Assembly: GCF_001548275.1 (NCBI RefSeq)
Contig: NZ_AP014945.1
Coordinates: 810,001 to 842,000 of the forward strand
Source: Caldimicrobium thiodismutans
GTDB taxonomy: Bacteria; Desulfobacterota; Thermodesulfobacteria; Thermodesulfobacteriales; Thermodesulfobacteriaceae
Reading direction: 5' to 3'
DNA: 32,000 nucleotides
Part shown: in pieces, positions 1 through 7,627 of the stretch
Position numbering within the stretch: position 1 is the stretch's first letter
How the letters are laid out: the number at the start of each line of letters is the position of its first letter
Translations under genes and position numbers: made by a program
The notes under the pieces: model-generated
What the model was told of the DNA's origin: nothing
Database searches by the model: none
Seen by the model: only the letters and a program-made list of their open reading frames with translations

Positions 1-2
1 TT

Positions 3-398
3 TCCCTTGCCGAACTTATTAAGGCCTTAGAAAGATTTCCCCGAGTTAAAAAGGGTAGACACACTATTGAATACACACTTATTAAAGGGATAAATGACTC
101 TCTAAGAGAGGCTGCTTCACTTGCTAAGCTATTAAAGGGGTTTCCAGTAAAAGTTAATCTTATCCCCTATAATCCCCATCCTGATCTTCCCTTTGAAAGA
201 CCTGATGAATCGGCAGTTGAGAGATTTCAGAAGTATTTACTTTCAGAGGGCATTTTAACCACAGTCCGAAAAAGCAAAGGGCTTAAAATCTCAGCGGCTT
301 GTGGCCAGTTAAGGGGAAAGCTTCTGAAAAAATCCTATTTCCAGACCCCAGCAATAGAAAAGCCACACTTAGGACAAAGCCCATCTTCCTTAAGTTGA
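3..398 (+). CDS. rlmN: Radical-SAM rRNA/tRNA m2A methyltransferase RlmN, C-terminal fragment (5' end lies outside the window)
   Basis: Frame 3 is open from the window edge to TGA at 396-398. Translation ...HTIEYTLIKGINDS...VNLIPYNPHPDLPFERP...RFQKYLLSEGILTTVRKSKGLKISAACGQLRGK matches the conserved RlmN/Cfr C-terminus with the AACGQL motif. It is absent from the ORF track because no start codon lies in the window. Its last 64 nt overlap the convergent gene at 335-1354. Confidence 0.8.
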   Translation, partial: SLAELIKALERFPRVKKGRHTIEYTLIKGINDSLREAASLAKLLKGFPVKVNLIPYNPHPDLPFERPDESAVERFQKYLLSEGILTTVRKSKGLKISAACGQLRGKLLKKSYFQTPAIEKPHLGQSPSSLS

Positions 399-1354
399 TT
401 GGAGATAATAGCAAAGCCATATCTTTCAATTAGAAGGGTTGAACACTTAGGGCAGAAGGTATTTTCTGTCTCGTTACCAGGGACATTTCCGATGTAAACA
501 AAATATAAACCCTCTTCTTTACCAATGTAATAGGCCCTCTGTAGAGTTTCAATAGAGGTATAGGGTTTATTTTGCATCTTGAACTGGGGATAAAAACGGG
601 AGATGTGCCAGGGGGTCTCAGGGCCAAGTTCATCTCTTATAAATCGGGCTATATCTCTCAACTCTTCTGAACTATCATTTTCCTCAGGAATGACAAGGGT
701 AGTAATCTCAACCCAGATACCAAGTTTTTTAAGATACTTAAGGTTATCCAAGATGGGTTTTAATTTGGCTTTACATATGCGATGATAAAATCCTTCTGTA
801 AAGGCCTTTAAATCCACATTTATGCCATGCAGATAGTCCTTAATGAGATCTAAGGCAGACTTGGTCATATATCCATTGGAGACAAAGACATTTTTAAGCC
901 CCTCTTTGACTGCTAATTTAGAGCAATCTAAGGCATACTCAAAATAAATAGTAGGCTCTGTATAAGTGTAAGATATGCTTTTACATCCATGATTAAGGGC
1001 CTTTTTCACAATATCCTTTGGAGAGTAAGGTGTCCCTGGAATTGAGCCGGGATAAAGATGGGGAAATTGAGAAATTTCAAAGTTCTGACAAAAGGAACAT
1101 CTAAAATTACAACCAACAGTAGCTATGGAATAGGAATAGGATCCTGGTAAAAAGTGATAAAGGGGCTTCTTTTCTATAGGATCAATATGTTCAGCAATGA
1201 CGCGACCATAAACTAAGGAGTAAAGGATACCCTCTTCATTTTTTCTAACTCCACAAAGCCCTGTTTTGCCATTAGGGATAAGGCATTGATGATTGCAAAG
1301 ATAACAACGAACCTTTTTATCCTCTAAGGACTCATATAATAAAGCCTCCTTCAT
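335..1354 (-). CDS. AmmeMemoRadiSam-system-type radical SAM enzyme (AmrS / pyruvate-formate-lyase-activase-like)
   Basis: 339-aa ORF. It has an N-terminal Cys cluster (VRCYLCNHQCLIPNGKTGLCGVR), the radical-SAM motif GCNFRCSFCQN (CxxxCxxC) and C-terminal CPKC...CPKCG. This layout is typical of the AmmeMemoRadiSam radical SAM family. Confidence 0.75.
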   Translation of the reverse strand: MKEALLYESLEDKKVRCYLCNHQCLIPNGKTGLCGVRKNEEGILYSLVYGRVIAEHIDPIEKKPLYHFLPGSYSYSIATVGCNFRCSFCQNFEISQFPHLYPGSIPGTPYSPKDIVKKALNHGCKSISYTYTEPTIYFEYALDCSKLAVKEGLKNVFVSNGYMTKSALDLIKDYLHGINVDLKAFTEGFYHRICKAKLKPILDNLKYLKKLGIWVEITTLVIPEENDSSEELRDIARFIRDELGPETPWHISRFYPQFKMQNKPYTSIETLQRAYYIGKEEGLYFVYIGNVPGNETENTFCPKCSTLLIERYGFAIISNQLKEDGLCPKCGFSIAGVWK

Positions 1355-1360
1355 ATTTTC

Positions 1361-1389
1361 ATTTTAATAATTTTCCAATTCAGAGTCAA
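1361..1389 (-). promoter_or_regulatory. Sigma-70-type promoter of the radical-SAM gene, leaderless layout
   Basis: Read on the minus strand: TTGACT (1389-1384), 17-nt spacer, TAAAAT (1366-1361), 6 nt, then ATG at 1354. No SD is present. Confidence 0.55.
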
Positions 1390-1523
1390 GGGCTTGTTTG
1401 CGTCCATATCTTTTGAGACTCTATAGGATTTTTTCTACTATTTCAGTTGTAGGAAAAGAAACTTTTCCCCTTTTTCCAACCCTCCTTTTTCTTGTAAAGA
1501 TAAGTGCTTATGCAGAAAATCAA

Positions 1524-1552
1524 TTGACGAAGGCTGAAGAAATGAATATATT
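1524..1552 (+). promoter_or_regulatory. Sigma-70-type promoter of recN
   Basis: TTGACG (1524-1529), 17-nt spacer, TATATT (1547-1552). The ATG at 1563 is only 10 nt downstream and has no SD, so the 5' UTR would be about 3-4 nt. Confidence 0.55.
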
Positions 1553-1562
1553 TTAATATGTT

Positions 1563-3206
1563 ATGCTCCTTGAGCTTAAAATCACCAATTTTGTCCTGAT
1601 TGAAGAGGCTCACTTAAGCTTTGATAAGGGGCTCACTATCTTTACAGGAGAGACGGGAGCTGGAAAATCTCTTCTTATTAAGGCACTAAAGGTGCTCTTA
1701 GGTGATAAAGGAGCTGGAGGACATCTTAAACCCGAGACAGAGACCTCTGAGGTCTCTGCCCTCTTCTACGGTGGCCCTTATCTTTCTGCCAAATTAAAAG
1801 AGCTGGGATACCCAGCAGAAGAGGAGATTCATATCAAAAGAATTATTTCACCTCAGAGGCAGAGGAGTTTTCTTAACGGCTCTCCCATATCCACTCTTGA
1901 ACTTAGCCAAATCACCCGGGACCTTATTTCTCTTACCAGTCAGCATGAATACTACACCTTTTTACGCCGAGAAAATCAACTTAAGTTTGTTGATGAGCTC
2001 CTTAGCCTAAAGGAAAAACTTAGGGCCTACCAGAATCTTTACTTACAGTATAGGGAACTTGAAAAAGAGATTAAGGATCTGGAGGAAAAGGTCTCCCAGG
2101 TCATGCTAAAAAAAGATTATCTTCTCTTTCAGATCTCAGAACTTGAGGAATTAAATCCTGATCCTGAGGAAGAAGAGACCCTCAAAATTAAAAGAGAAAG
2201 ACTGAGGCACATGCAACTTATCCAGGAACTTTCCGCAGGCCTAAGGATATCCTTAGATTCTGCAAAGGACAATCTAACTCAAGCGTTAACCCTTCTTTCA
2301 AAACTTACGCCTTTTGAGCCCTCTTTCAAAGAGAGACAACACCTATTACAGGATCTTTACTACGAAATATCTGAGCTTGAAAGGGATCTTAAGGTTCTGG
2401 AGGGAGATCTCCTGGAGAATCCCTCTGAACTTGAACAAATTGAAGCCCGGCTTGCAAGATATGAAAGACTTAAGAAAAAATATGGTAAAGATGCACAGGG
2501 GCTAAAAAACCTGAAAGAGGAGCTAAAGGTTGAACTGGAGCTTCTCGATTCTGGTGAAGAAGAATTAAAAAAACTCCTCAGAGAAAAGGAAAAACTTGAA
2601 CAGGAACTTTTAAATCTTGCCCTAAACTTAAGGGAGGAGAGACAAAAAGGTAAGGGAAAGATTGAAGATCTTATTAAAAAAGAGCTTAAAGACCTGGGTA
2701 TGGAAAAAGTGGAATTTGAAATTAAAATAACCCCCAAGGAAATTGCCCCTCAAAATCTTACTTCCACTGGTCTTGATGAGATTGAATTTCTCTTTTCACC
2801 TAATCCCGGGCTTGCCCTTAGACCCTTAGAAAAGATTGCTTCAGGAGGGGAGCTTTCCCGTATCTTTTTATCCTTTAAAACCCTTCTTAGGGAAAGAGAG
2901 CCTGTGGGCACCCTTATCTTTGATGAGGTTGATGCTGGAATTGGTGGCCCAACCGCCTTGCAAGTAGGTAAAAAGTTAAAAGAACTATCTAAAGGTCTTC
3001 AGGTGCTCTGTATCACCCATCTTCCTCAGATTGCCTGTTTTGCAGATCACCATTTTTTAGTGGAGAAACACTCTACGCAAGAGGAAACAACCACCTTTAT
3101 TAAAAGATTGAATGAAAGAGAACGCCTTCAAGAGCTTGCAAGAATGCTTGGGGATAAGGATAACCTTGAGCTTGCCCGCAGCTTTCTTGAAGGGCTAAAT
3201 TTCTAA
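1563..3206 (+). CDS. recN: DNA repair protein RecN (SMC-like ATPase)
   Basis: 547 aa. N-terminal Walker A in FTGETGAGKSLLIKAL, a long Glu/Lys/Leu coiled-coil middle, the C-terminal signature ASGGELSRIFLS and Walker B LIFDEVDAGIGG. Confidence 0.9.
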   Translation: MLLELKITNFVLIEEAHLSFDKGLTIFTGETGAGKSLLIKALKVLLGDKGAGGHLKPETETSEVSALFYGGPYLSAKLKELGYPAEEEIHIKRIISPQRQRSFLNGSPISTLELSQITRDLISLTSQHEYYTFLRRENQLKFVDELLSLKEKLRAYQNLYLQYRELEKEIKDLEEKVSQVMLKKDYLLFQISELEELNPDPEEEETLKIKRERLRHMQLIQELSAGLRISLDSAKDNLTQALTLLSKLTPFEPSFKERQHLLQDLYYEISELERDLKVLEGDLLENPSELEQIEARLARYERLKKKYGKDAQGLKNLKEELKVELELLDSGEEELKKLLREKEKLEQELLNLALNLREERQKGKGKIEDLIKKELKDLGMEKVEFEIKITPKEIAPQNLTSTGLDEIEFLFSPNPGLALRPLEKIASGGELSRIFLSFKTLLREREPVGTLIFDEVDAGIGGPTALQVGKKLKELSKGLQVLCITHLPQIACFADHHFLVEKHSTQEETTTFIKRLNERERLQELARMLGDKDNLELARSFLEGLNF

Positions 3207-3207
3207 T

Positions 3208-4137
3208 ATGCCCAGAGCCTTGCTTCTCTTTTCAGAAGGACTTGATAGCACTTTATGTGCCCTCATTCTCAAAAGGGAAGGGATTGAGGTAATAGTTCTG
3301 CGTTTTATTACCCCTTTTTTTGGCTGGAAATATAAAGATTCTCCCCATCTCTTTGAGGAAAAGATTAAGGCCCTTGGCCTTCCTGCTGGTAGAGTGGTAG
3401 ATATTACTGAAGAATACCTTGAAATACTTAAAAAACCAGCCTTTGGCTACGGAGATTATGCTAATCCTTGTATAGATTGTAAAATTTTTTTTCTAAAAAA
3501 GGCTAAAGATTTGATGCAAGAGTTGCAAGCGGATTTTCTTGTAAGTGGTGAGGTCCTTGGTCAAAGGCCTATGAGTCAGAACAGGGTAATTTTAGAAAAA
3601 ATTGAAAGAGAAGCAGGGGTGGAGGGATTGCTTTTAAGACCCCTCTCTGCAAAACTTCTAAAGGAAACAGAACCTGAAAAAAGGGGACTCCTATCCAGAG
3701 AAAAACTTTATGGCCATTCTGGAAGAAAAAGAGATTTCCAGCTGGAACTTGCAAAAGCCTTTGAGCTTAAAGAGATACCTACTCCGGCTGGAGGGTGTCT
3801 TCTTGCAGATCCAATTATCGGAAGCCGTATCTTACGGGTCCTGAAAGAAAAAAAACCGCTTAACCCCCTCACAGCCGAACTCCTCACCTTTGGAAGACAC
3901 CATTTTGATGGCGACCTTTGGGCAGTCCTTGGAAGAAATGAAAAGGAAAATCTGCGGTTAGAAAGGGTGATTGCAGGAAGGCTTCCTCTTTATACTCTAA
4001 GTGAGCCAGCTCCCAATCTTGCTGTGATTTGTGGACCTATAGATGAGGAGAATATAAAGAACTTACTGATAAACTATTCTAAAAAGGCCCAACTTAAGCT
4101 CCAGAGGGGAGAAAGAGTTGAGCTTATTGCAAAGTAA
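3208..4137 (+). CDS. PP-loop superfamily ATP pyrophosphatase (ThiI/MnmA-like tRNA thiolation-type enzyme), degenerate PP-loop
   Basis: 309 aa. The N-terminal LLLFSEGLDSTL occupies the SGGxDS PP-loop position. NPCIDCKIFFLKKAKDLM resembles the Cys-containing segment of tRNA thiolation PP-loop enzymes. The start lies 1 nt after the recN stop. Confidence 0.55.
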   Translation: MPRALLLFSEGLDSTLCALILKREGIEVIVLRFITPFFGWKYKDSPHLFEEKIKALGLPAGRVVDITEEYLEILKKPAFGYGDYANPCIDCKIFFLKKAKDLMQELQADFLVSGEVLGQRPMSQNRVILEKIEREAGVEGLLLRPLSAKLLKETEPEKRGLLSREKLYGHSGRKRDFQLELAKAFELKEIPTPAGGCLLADPIIGSRILRVLKEKKPLNPLTAELLTFGRHHFDGDLWAVLGRNEKENLRLERVIAGRLPLYTLSEPAPNLAVICGPIDEENIKNLLINYSKKAQLKLQRGERVELIAK

Positions 4138-4912
4138 TCCTCCTAAGGTAGTTACCCTTCTTACAGATTTTGGCTTAAAGGACCACTATGCTGGAGTGGT
4201 GAAAGGAAGGATCCTGCAAGAGCTTTACGGGTATCCTTATCCCCTGTTTATAGACCTAAGTCATGAGATTCCTCCTCAAGATGTCAAAAAGGCTGCCCTT
4301 CTTTTAAAATTTTCCTATAAATATTTTCCAGAAGGGACAATTTTTCTATGTATTGTTGACCCTGGGGTGGGAACGGAAAGAAGGGCCCTACTCCTTAAAA
4401 CTGAAAAATTTTCCTTTGTAGGACCTGATAACGGGCTTTTTACCTTTATTCTCAGAGAAAGTCAAACCAGTGAGGCCTTTGAAATATTAAAGGAGAAACT
4501 TCTTTCCTTTCCCTATAGTGCAACCTTTCATGGGAGAGATCTTTTTGCACCAGCTGTTGCCCTACTTTTAAAATCAGAGAGTATTGAAGACTGGACAAGG
4601 GTTATCTCAAAAGAGAGCCTTTTACAGCTTGATTTCCCTGAACCAGAGCCTGTTTCTTCAGGATTCAGGCTTTCTATCTGGTATGTGGATCACTTTGGAA
4701 ATCTCATAACCAATTGGGAAAAGACTTTTACGGAGAGGCCTTTCAGAGTTTTTGTAAATAAAAAAGAGGTAAGATTGGTTAAGACCTATGGAGATGGGAA
4801 AGAGGGAGAAGTGATAGCCCTTTTTGGCAGTGAGGGACTCCTTGAAATAGCAATCCCGAATTCTTCAGCTATACAAAAATTAGGCCTACCTGAGATTACA
4901 ATAAGTTTTTAA
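4118..4912 (+). CDS. SAM hydroxide adenosyltransferase (DUF62; fluorinase/chlorinase-like SAM hydrolase family)
   Basis: 264 aa with LLTDFGLKDHYAGVVKG, IVDPGVGTERR, GPDNGLF and VDHFGNLITN, all hallmark motifs of the family. TTG start at 4118 with GGGGAG 7 nt upstream. It overlaps the upstream gene by 20 nt. Confidence 0.8.
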   Translation: MSLLQSNPPKVVTLLTDFGLKDHYAGVVKGRILQELYGYPYPLFIDLSHEIPPQDVKKAALLLKFSYKYFPEGTIFLCIVDPGVGTERRALLLKTEKFSFVGPDNGLFTFILRESQTSEAFEILKEKLLSFPYSATFHGRDLFAPAVALLLKSESIEDWTRVISKESLLQLDFPEPEPVSSGFRLSIWYVDHFGNLITNWEKTFTERPFRVFVNKKEVRLVKTYGDGKEGEVIALFGSEGLLEIAIPNSSAIQKLGLPEITISF

Positions 4913-4942
4913 AGAGAAGGCCACTTTTTTACGTAAGGTCTT

Positions 4943-5094
4943 ATCCTTACAAGAAAAAGGTGAGAGGTGAAAGTAAGGGAAGCCCCTTGCGTGTCTGTCC
5001 AATCCTTGCGTGTCTGCCTGATAATGTAAAGGAACATATAACAGGCAAATACATAGCCAAAAGAGGGCAACACACAGGTTTGCCCCTACAAAAT
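4943..5094 (+). repeat. Dispersed repeat, copy 1 (inverted partner at 13936-14099)
   Basis: ATCCTTACAAGAAAA...GGGAAGCCCCTTGCGTGTCTGTCCAATCCTTGCGTGTCTGCCTGATAATGTAAAGGAACATATAACAGGCAAATAC...CAGGTTTGCCCCTACAAAA aligns with the reverse complement of 13936-14099. The ~75-nt core is about 88% identical by eye. It contains an internal direct repeat CCTTGCGTGTCTG x2 and a GGCAA/TTGCC hairpin. Confidence 0.8.
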
Positions 5095-5170
5095 ACAGGT
5101 TCATTTTCCCATAACCGAAGTAGTAGAAAAATTCTCTTGAATCTCAAAAGATATGGACTTATATACCCCT

Positions 5171-5198
5171 TTGTAATTTCAAAAAGTGATGTTATATT
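5171..5198 (+). promoter_or_regulatory. Sigma-70-type promoter of the rpsP operon
   Basis: TTGTAA (5171-5176), 16-nt spacer, TATATT (5193-5198). A ~35-nt leader carries SD AAGGAGGG ahead of GTG 5234. The conserved upstream box lies at 5142-5158. Confidence 0.55.
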
Positions 5199-5233
5199 TT
5201 AAAGTCAAAAAATAGGATAAGGAGGGATAGGTC

Positions 5234-5476
5234 GTGCCGGTAAGAATTAGGCTTATGCGTTTGGGAAGAAAGAAAAAACCCTTTTTCAGAGTGATTGCTG
5301 CGGATTCAAGGTCTCCCAGGGACGGTAAATTTTTAGATATTCTCGGATACTATAATCCCCTTAAAGAACCATATGAATTCAAAGTTGATTCAGAAAAGGT
5401 GAAGCTCTGGCTCCAAAGAGGTGCAGAACCTACCGAGACTGTAAGAGCCCTTTTAAAGAGAGAAGGGCTCCTTTAA
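5234..5476 (+). CDS. rpsP: 30S ribosomal protein S16
   Basis: 80 aa, [44 protein letters not shown] start with a strong SD. Confidence 0.95.
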   Translation: MPVRIRLMRLGRKKKPFFRVIAADSRSPRDGKFLDILGYYNPLKEPYEFKVDSEKVKLWLQRGAEPTETVRALLKREGLL

Positions 5477-5507
5477 GGAGAAAATAAACCTCAAAAGGAG
5501 GCGGAAG

Positions 5508-5747
5508 ATGAGCAAACTCAAAGATCTCGTGGAACAGGTGGCCAAGGTCCTGGTGGATAAGCCTGAAGCAGTGCAAATTAACGAAATTGAGGGGGAACAA
5601 ACCTCAGTTATTGAACTCAGGGTTGCCAAGGAAGATCTTGGCAAAATTATCGGAAAGGAAGGTAGAACTGCCAAGGCTATAAGAACTATTCTTGGCGCAG
5701 CTGGCAGTAAACTCAAAAAGAGGGTAGTTCTGGAAATTATTGAATAG
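5508..5747 (+). CDS. KH-domain RNA-binding protein (YlqC/UPF0109 family)
   Basis: 79 aa with the motif [22 protein letters not shown]. It sits in the canonical position between rpsP and rimM. SD is AAGGAGG. Confidence 0.9.
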   Translation: MSKLKDLVEQVAKVLVDKPEAVQINEIEGEQTSVIELRVAKEDLGKIIGKEGRTAKAIRTILGAAGSKLKKRVVLEIIE

Positions 5748-5753
5748 GCTTCC

Positions 5754-6278
5754 TTGACAGAGACTGATCTTATTCCTCTCTTTAAGGTCCTCTCTACCCA
5801 CGGATTAAAGGGTGACCTGCGGGTCGCCCTTCTTACTCTTAATCAGGATCTGCTCTCTCATATCCAAAAGCTCTATCTTAAAAATAAAGAAGAAGTTCCT
5901 TTAGTGATTAAGTCAATTCAAAAAGGGCCAGGCTTTAATATCTTTTTGCTCTCTTTAGAAGAAATTGATTTTGAAAGGGCAAAGGGACTTTTGAACAAAA
6001 TCCTTTATCTTAAACCTTCTGATTTACCTGAACTTAAGGAAGAAGAATTTTATTACTATCAATTAGAGGGGCTAAAAATTGTTGACAGGAAAGATAAGTT
6101 CTGGGGAGAGGTTTCAGGGGTTATGCCCTTAGGAGAATATGACCTCCTCCTCATTAAAACCCCTGAAGGGAAGGAATTCTATCTTCCCCTTGTGGATGAG
6201 TATGTAGAGGAAGTAAATATCAAAGAAAAGATTATCCTTGTAAAGGAAATTGAGGATCTTGTTAAAAGTCAGCGTTAA
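5754..6278 (+). CDS. rimM: 16S rRNA processing protein RimM
   Basis: 174 aa. STHGLKGDLRVALLT matches the RimM N-terminal beta-barrel motif, and a PRC-barrel-like C-terminus is present. TTG start; conserved operon position. Confidence 0.85.
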   Translation: MTETDLIPLFKVLSTHGLKGDLRVALLTLNQDLLSHIQKLYLKNKEEVPLVIKSIQKGPGFNIFLLSLEEIDFERAKGLLNKILYLKPSDLPELKEEEFYYYQLEGLKIVDRKDKFWGEVSGVMPLGEYDLLLIKTPEGKEFYLPLVDEYVEEVNIKEKIILVKEIEDLVKSQR

Positions 6279-6280
6279 GG

Positions 6281-7579
6281 ATGCGCTTTAAGATATTAAC
6301 CATTTTTCCTGAATATTTTTCTTCTCCCCTTGAAGTGGGCTTAATCAAAAGAGCAAGAGAAAAAAAAATCATAGATATTGAGGTTTATGATTTAAGAGAT
6401 TTTACCTCAGACAAACACAAGGTAGTTGACGATGAGCCTTATGGAGGGGGGGAGGGAATGGTTTTTAAGCCCGAACCTCTCTACCGAGCCTTAACGCACA
6501 TAAAAGAAAGAGATCCTGATACCTATACAGTGTATCTCTCACCTCAGGGAAGGCTTTTTAATCAAAAAATAGCTGAAGAGCTATCTAAATTAAAAAGCTT
6601 ACTTTTCATCTGTGGACGCTATGAAGGAATTGATGAAAGGATCCGGAAACATTTTATTGAGGATGAAATTTCCATTGGAGATTATGTCCTTTTTGGGGGT
6701 GAGGTAGCCTCCTTAGTTATCCTTGAAGCTGTAGCAAGGCTTATACCTGGAGTTGTGGGAAAAAGAGATTCCGTTGACAGAGAATCTTTTACCTCCGGGC
6801 TTCTTAAGTATCCCTGTTATACAAGACCAGCTGAGTTTCTTGGATTTAAAGTGCCAGAGGTTCTTCTTTCCGGGAATCATGCAGAGATTGAAAATTACCG
6901 TCGCAGGGTTTCTTTGGAGATTACCTTAAAGAGGCGCCCTGAATTGCTTTCTCAAATTCCCCTCTCTGAAAGGGACTTAGAGTTCTTAAGAGAGCTTTTA
7001 CAGAGACAAAGGCTCTATCTTTTTTTGCTTCATTATCCTGTTTACAATAAAAAAGGGGAGATTATTGCCTCAGCCATAACAGGGCTTGATCTTCATGATC
7101 TTGCTCGCCTTGGATGCACCTATGGGGTTAAAGGAGTTTACATAGTGCAACCTCTTGAGGATCAAAAGAAACTTGCTGAAGGACTTATAACTTACTGGAT
7201 ATCCGGAAAAGGTAAGGACTATAATCCCTTAAGAAGTAAGGCTATGGAACTCTTGAGAATTTATTCAACCCTTGAAGCTGCCTTGCAGGATGTTAAGGCC
7301 AGAGAGGAAGAAGATCCCATCCTTATCGGTACAGATGCTGGCCCTAAAAGAGTGCCCATTTCCCCTGAAGAGGTTAGGGACCTCCTCTGGAAAAAACCTA
7401 TTTGCCTTGTCTTAGGCACTGCCTGGGGACTTGAAGAGACCTTTCTTAGGCAATGCCATTATTTTCTGGAACCCATCTGGGGAAGAATTGCCCCCTATAA
7501 TCATTTGTCCGTAAGATCAGCTGCCTCTATCCTCCTTGATCGTATCTTTAGGCCCTATCTCCTTTTTAAAAGGCAATAA
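6281..7579 (+). CDS. trmD: tRNA (guanine37-N1)-methyltransferase TrmD fused to a second C-terminal SPOUT-like domain
   Basis: 432 aa. Residues 1-~238 are canonical TrmD (ILTIFPEYF, DDEPYGGGEGMV, ICGRYEGIDERI, SIGDYVLFGGE, LLSGNHAEIENYRR). Residues ~243-432 carry a SPOUT-knot-like end (LVLGTAWGL....PYNHLSVRSAASILLDRI). Confidence 0.85.
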   Translation: MRFKILTIFPEYFSSPLEVGLIKRAREKKIIDIEVYDLRDFTSDKHKVVDDEPYGGGEGMVFKPEPLYRALTHIKERDPDTYTVYLSPQGRLFNQKIAEELSKLKSLLFICGRYEGIDERIRKHFIEDEISIGDYVLFGGEVASLVILEAVARLIPGVVGKRDSVDRESFTSGLLKYPCYTRPAEFLGFKVPEVLLSGNHAEIENYRRRVSLEITLKRRPELLSQIPLSERDLEFLRELLQRQRLYLFLLHYPVYNKKGEIIASAITGLDLHDLARLGCTYGVKGVYIVQPLEDQKKLAEGLITYWISGKGKDYNPLRSKAMELLRIYSTLEAALQDVKAREEEDPILIGTDAGPKRVPISPEEVRDLLWKKPICLVLGTAWGLEETFLRQCHYFLEPIWGRIAPYNHLSVRSAASILLDRIFRPYLLFKRQ

Positions 7580-7627
7580 AAGGGAAAGCTTGTCTTGAAT
7601 CCCAAAAAATTTAAAAACAAAATTCCC

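Noticed and set aside
430-785. Track ORFs 430-633(-) and 603-785(+), nested in or antisense to the radical-SAM gene.
   Set aside because: They lie entirely inside a well-supported CDS, have low-complexity or unrecognisable sequence, and have no SD. The same reasoning applies to 2314-2505, 2360-2737, 3569-3754, 5453-5716, 5604-5801, 11377-11565, 11468-11710, 11877-12134, 12698-13007 and 13560-13838. It also applies to 14945-15442, 15036-15218, 15880-16083, 16832-17080, 17602-18080, 19577-19831, 20284-20644 and 20868-21080. It further applies to 23037-23246, 24091-24369, 24920-25186, 27343-27857, 28838-29026, 29568-29801, 30543-30803 and 31762-31968.
4886-5202. Three overlapping track ORFs (4886-5104-, 4947-5147-, 4960-5202+) in the DUF62-rpsP intergenic region.
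   Set aside because: They overlap one another in different frames and coincide with the dispersed repeat and the rpsP promoter. They have no SD and their composition is not protein-like.
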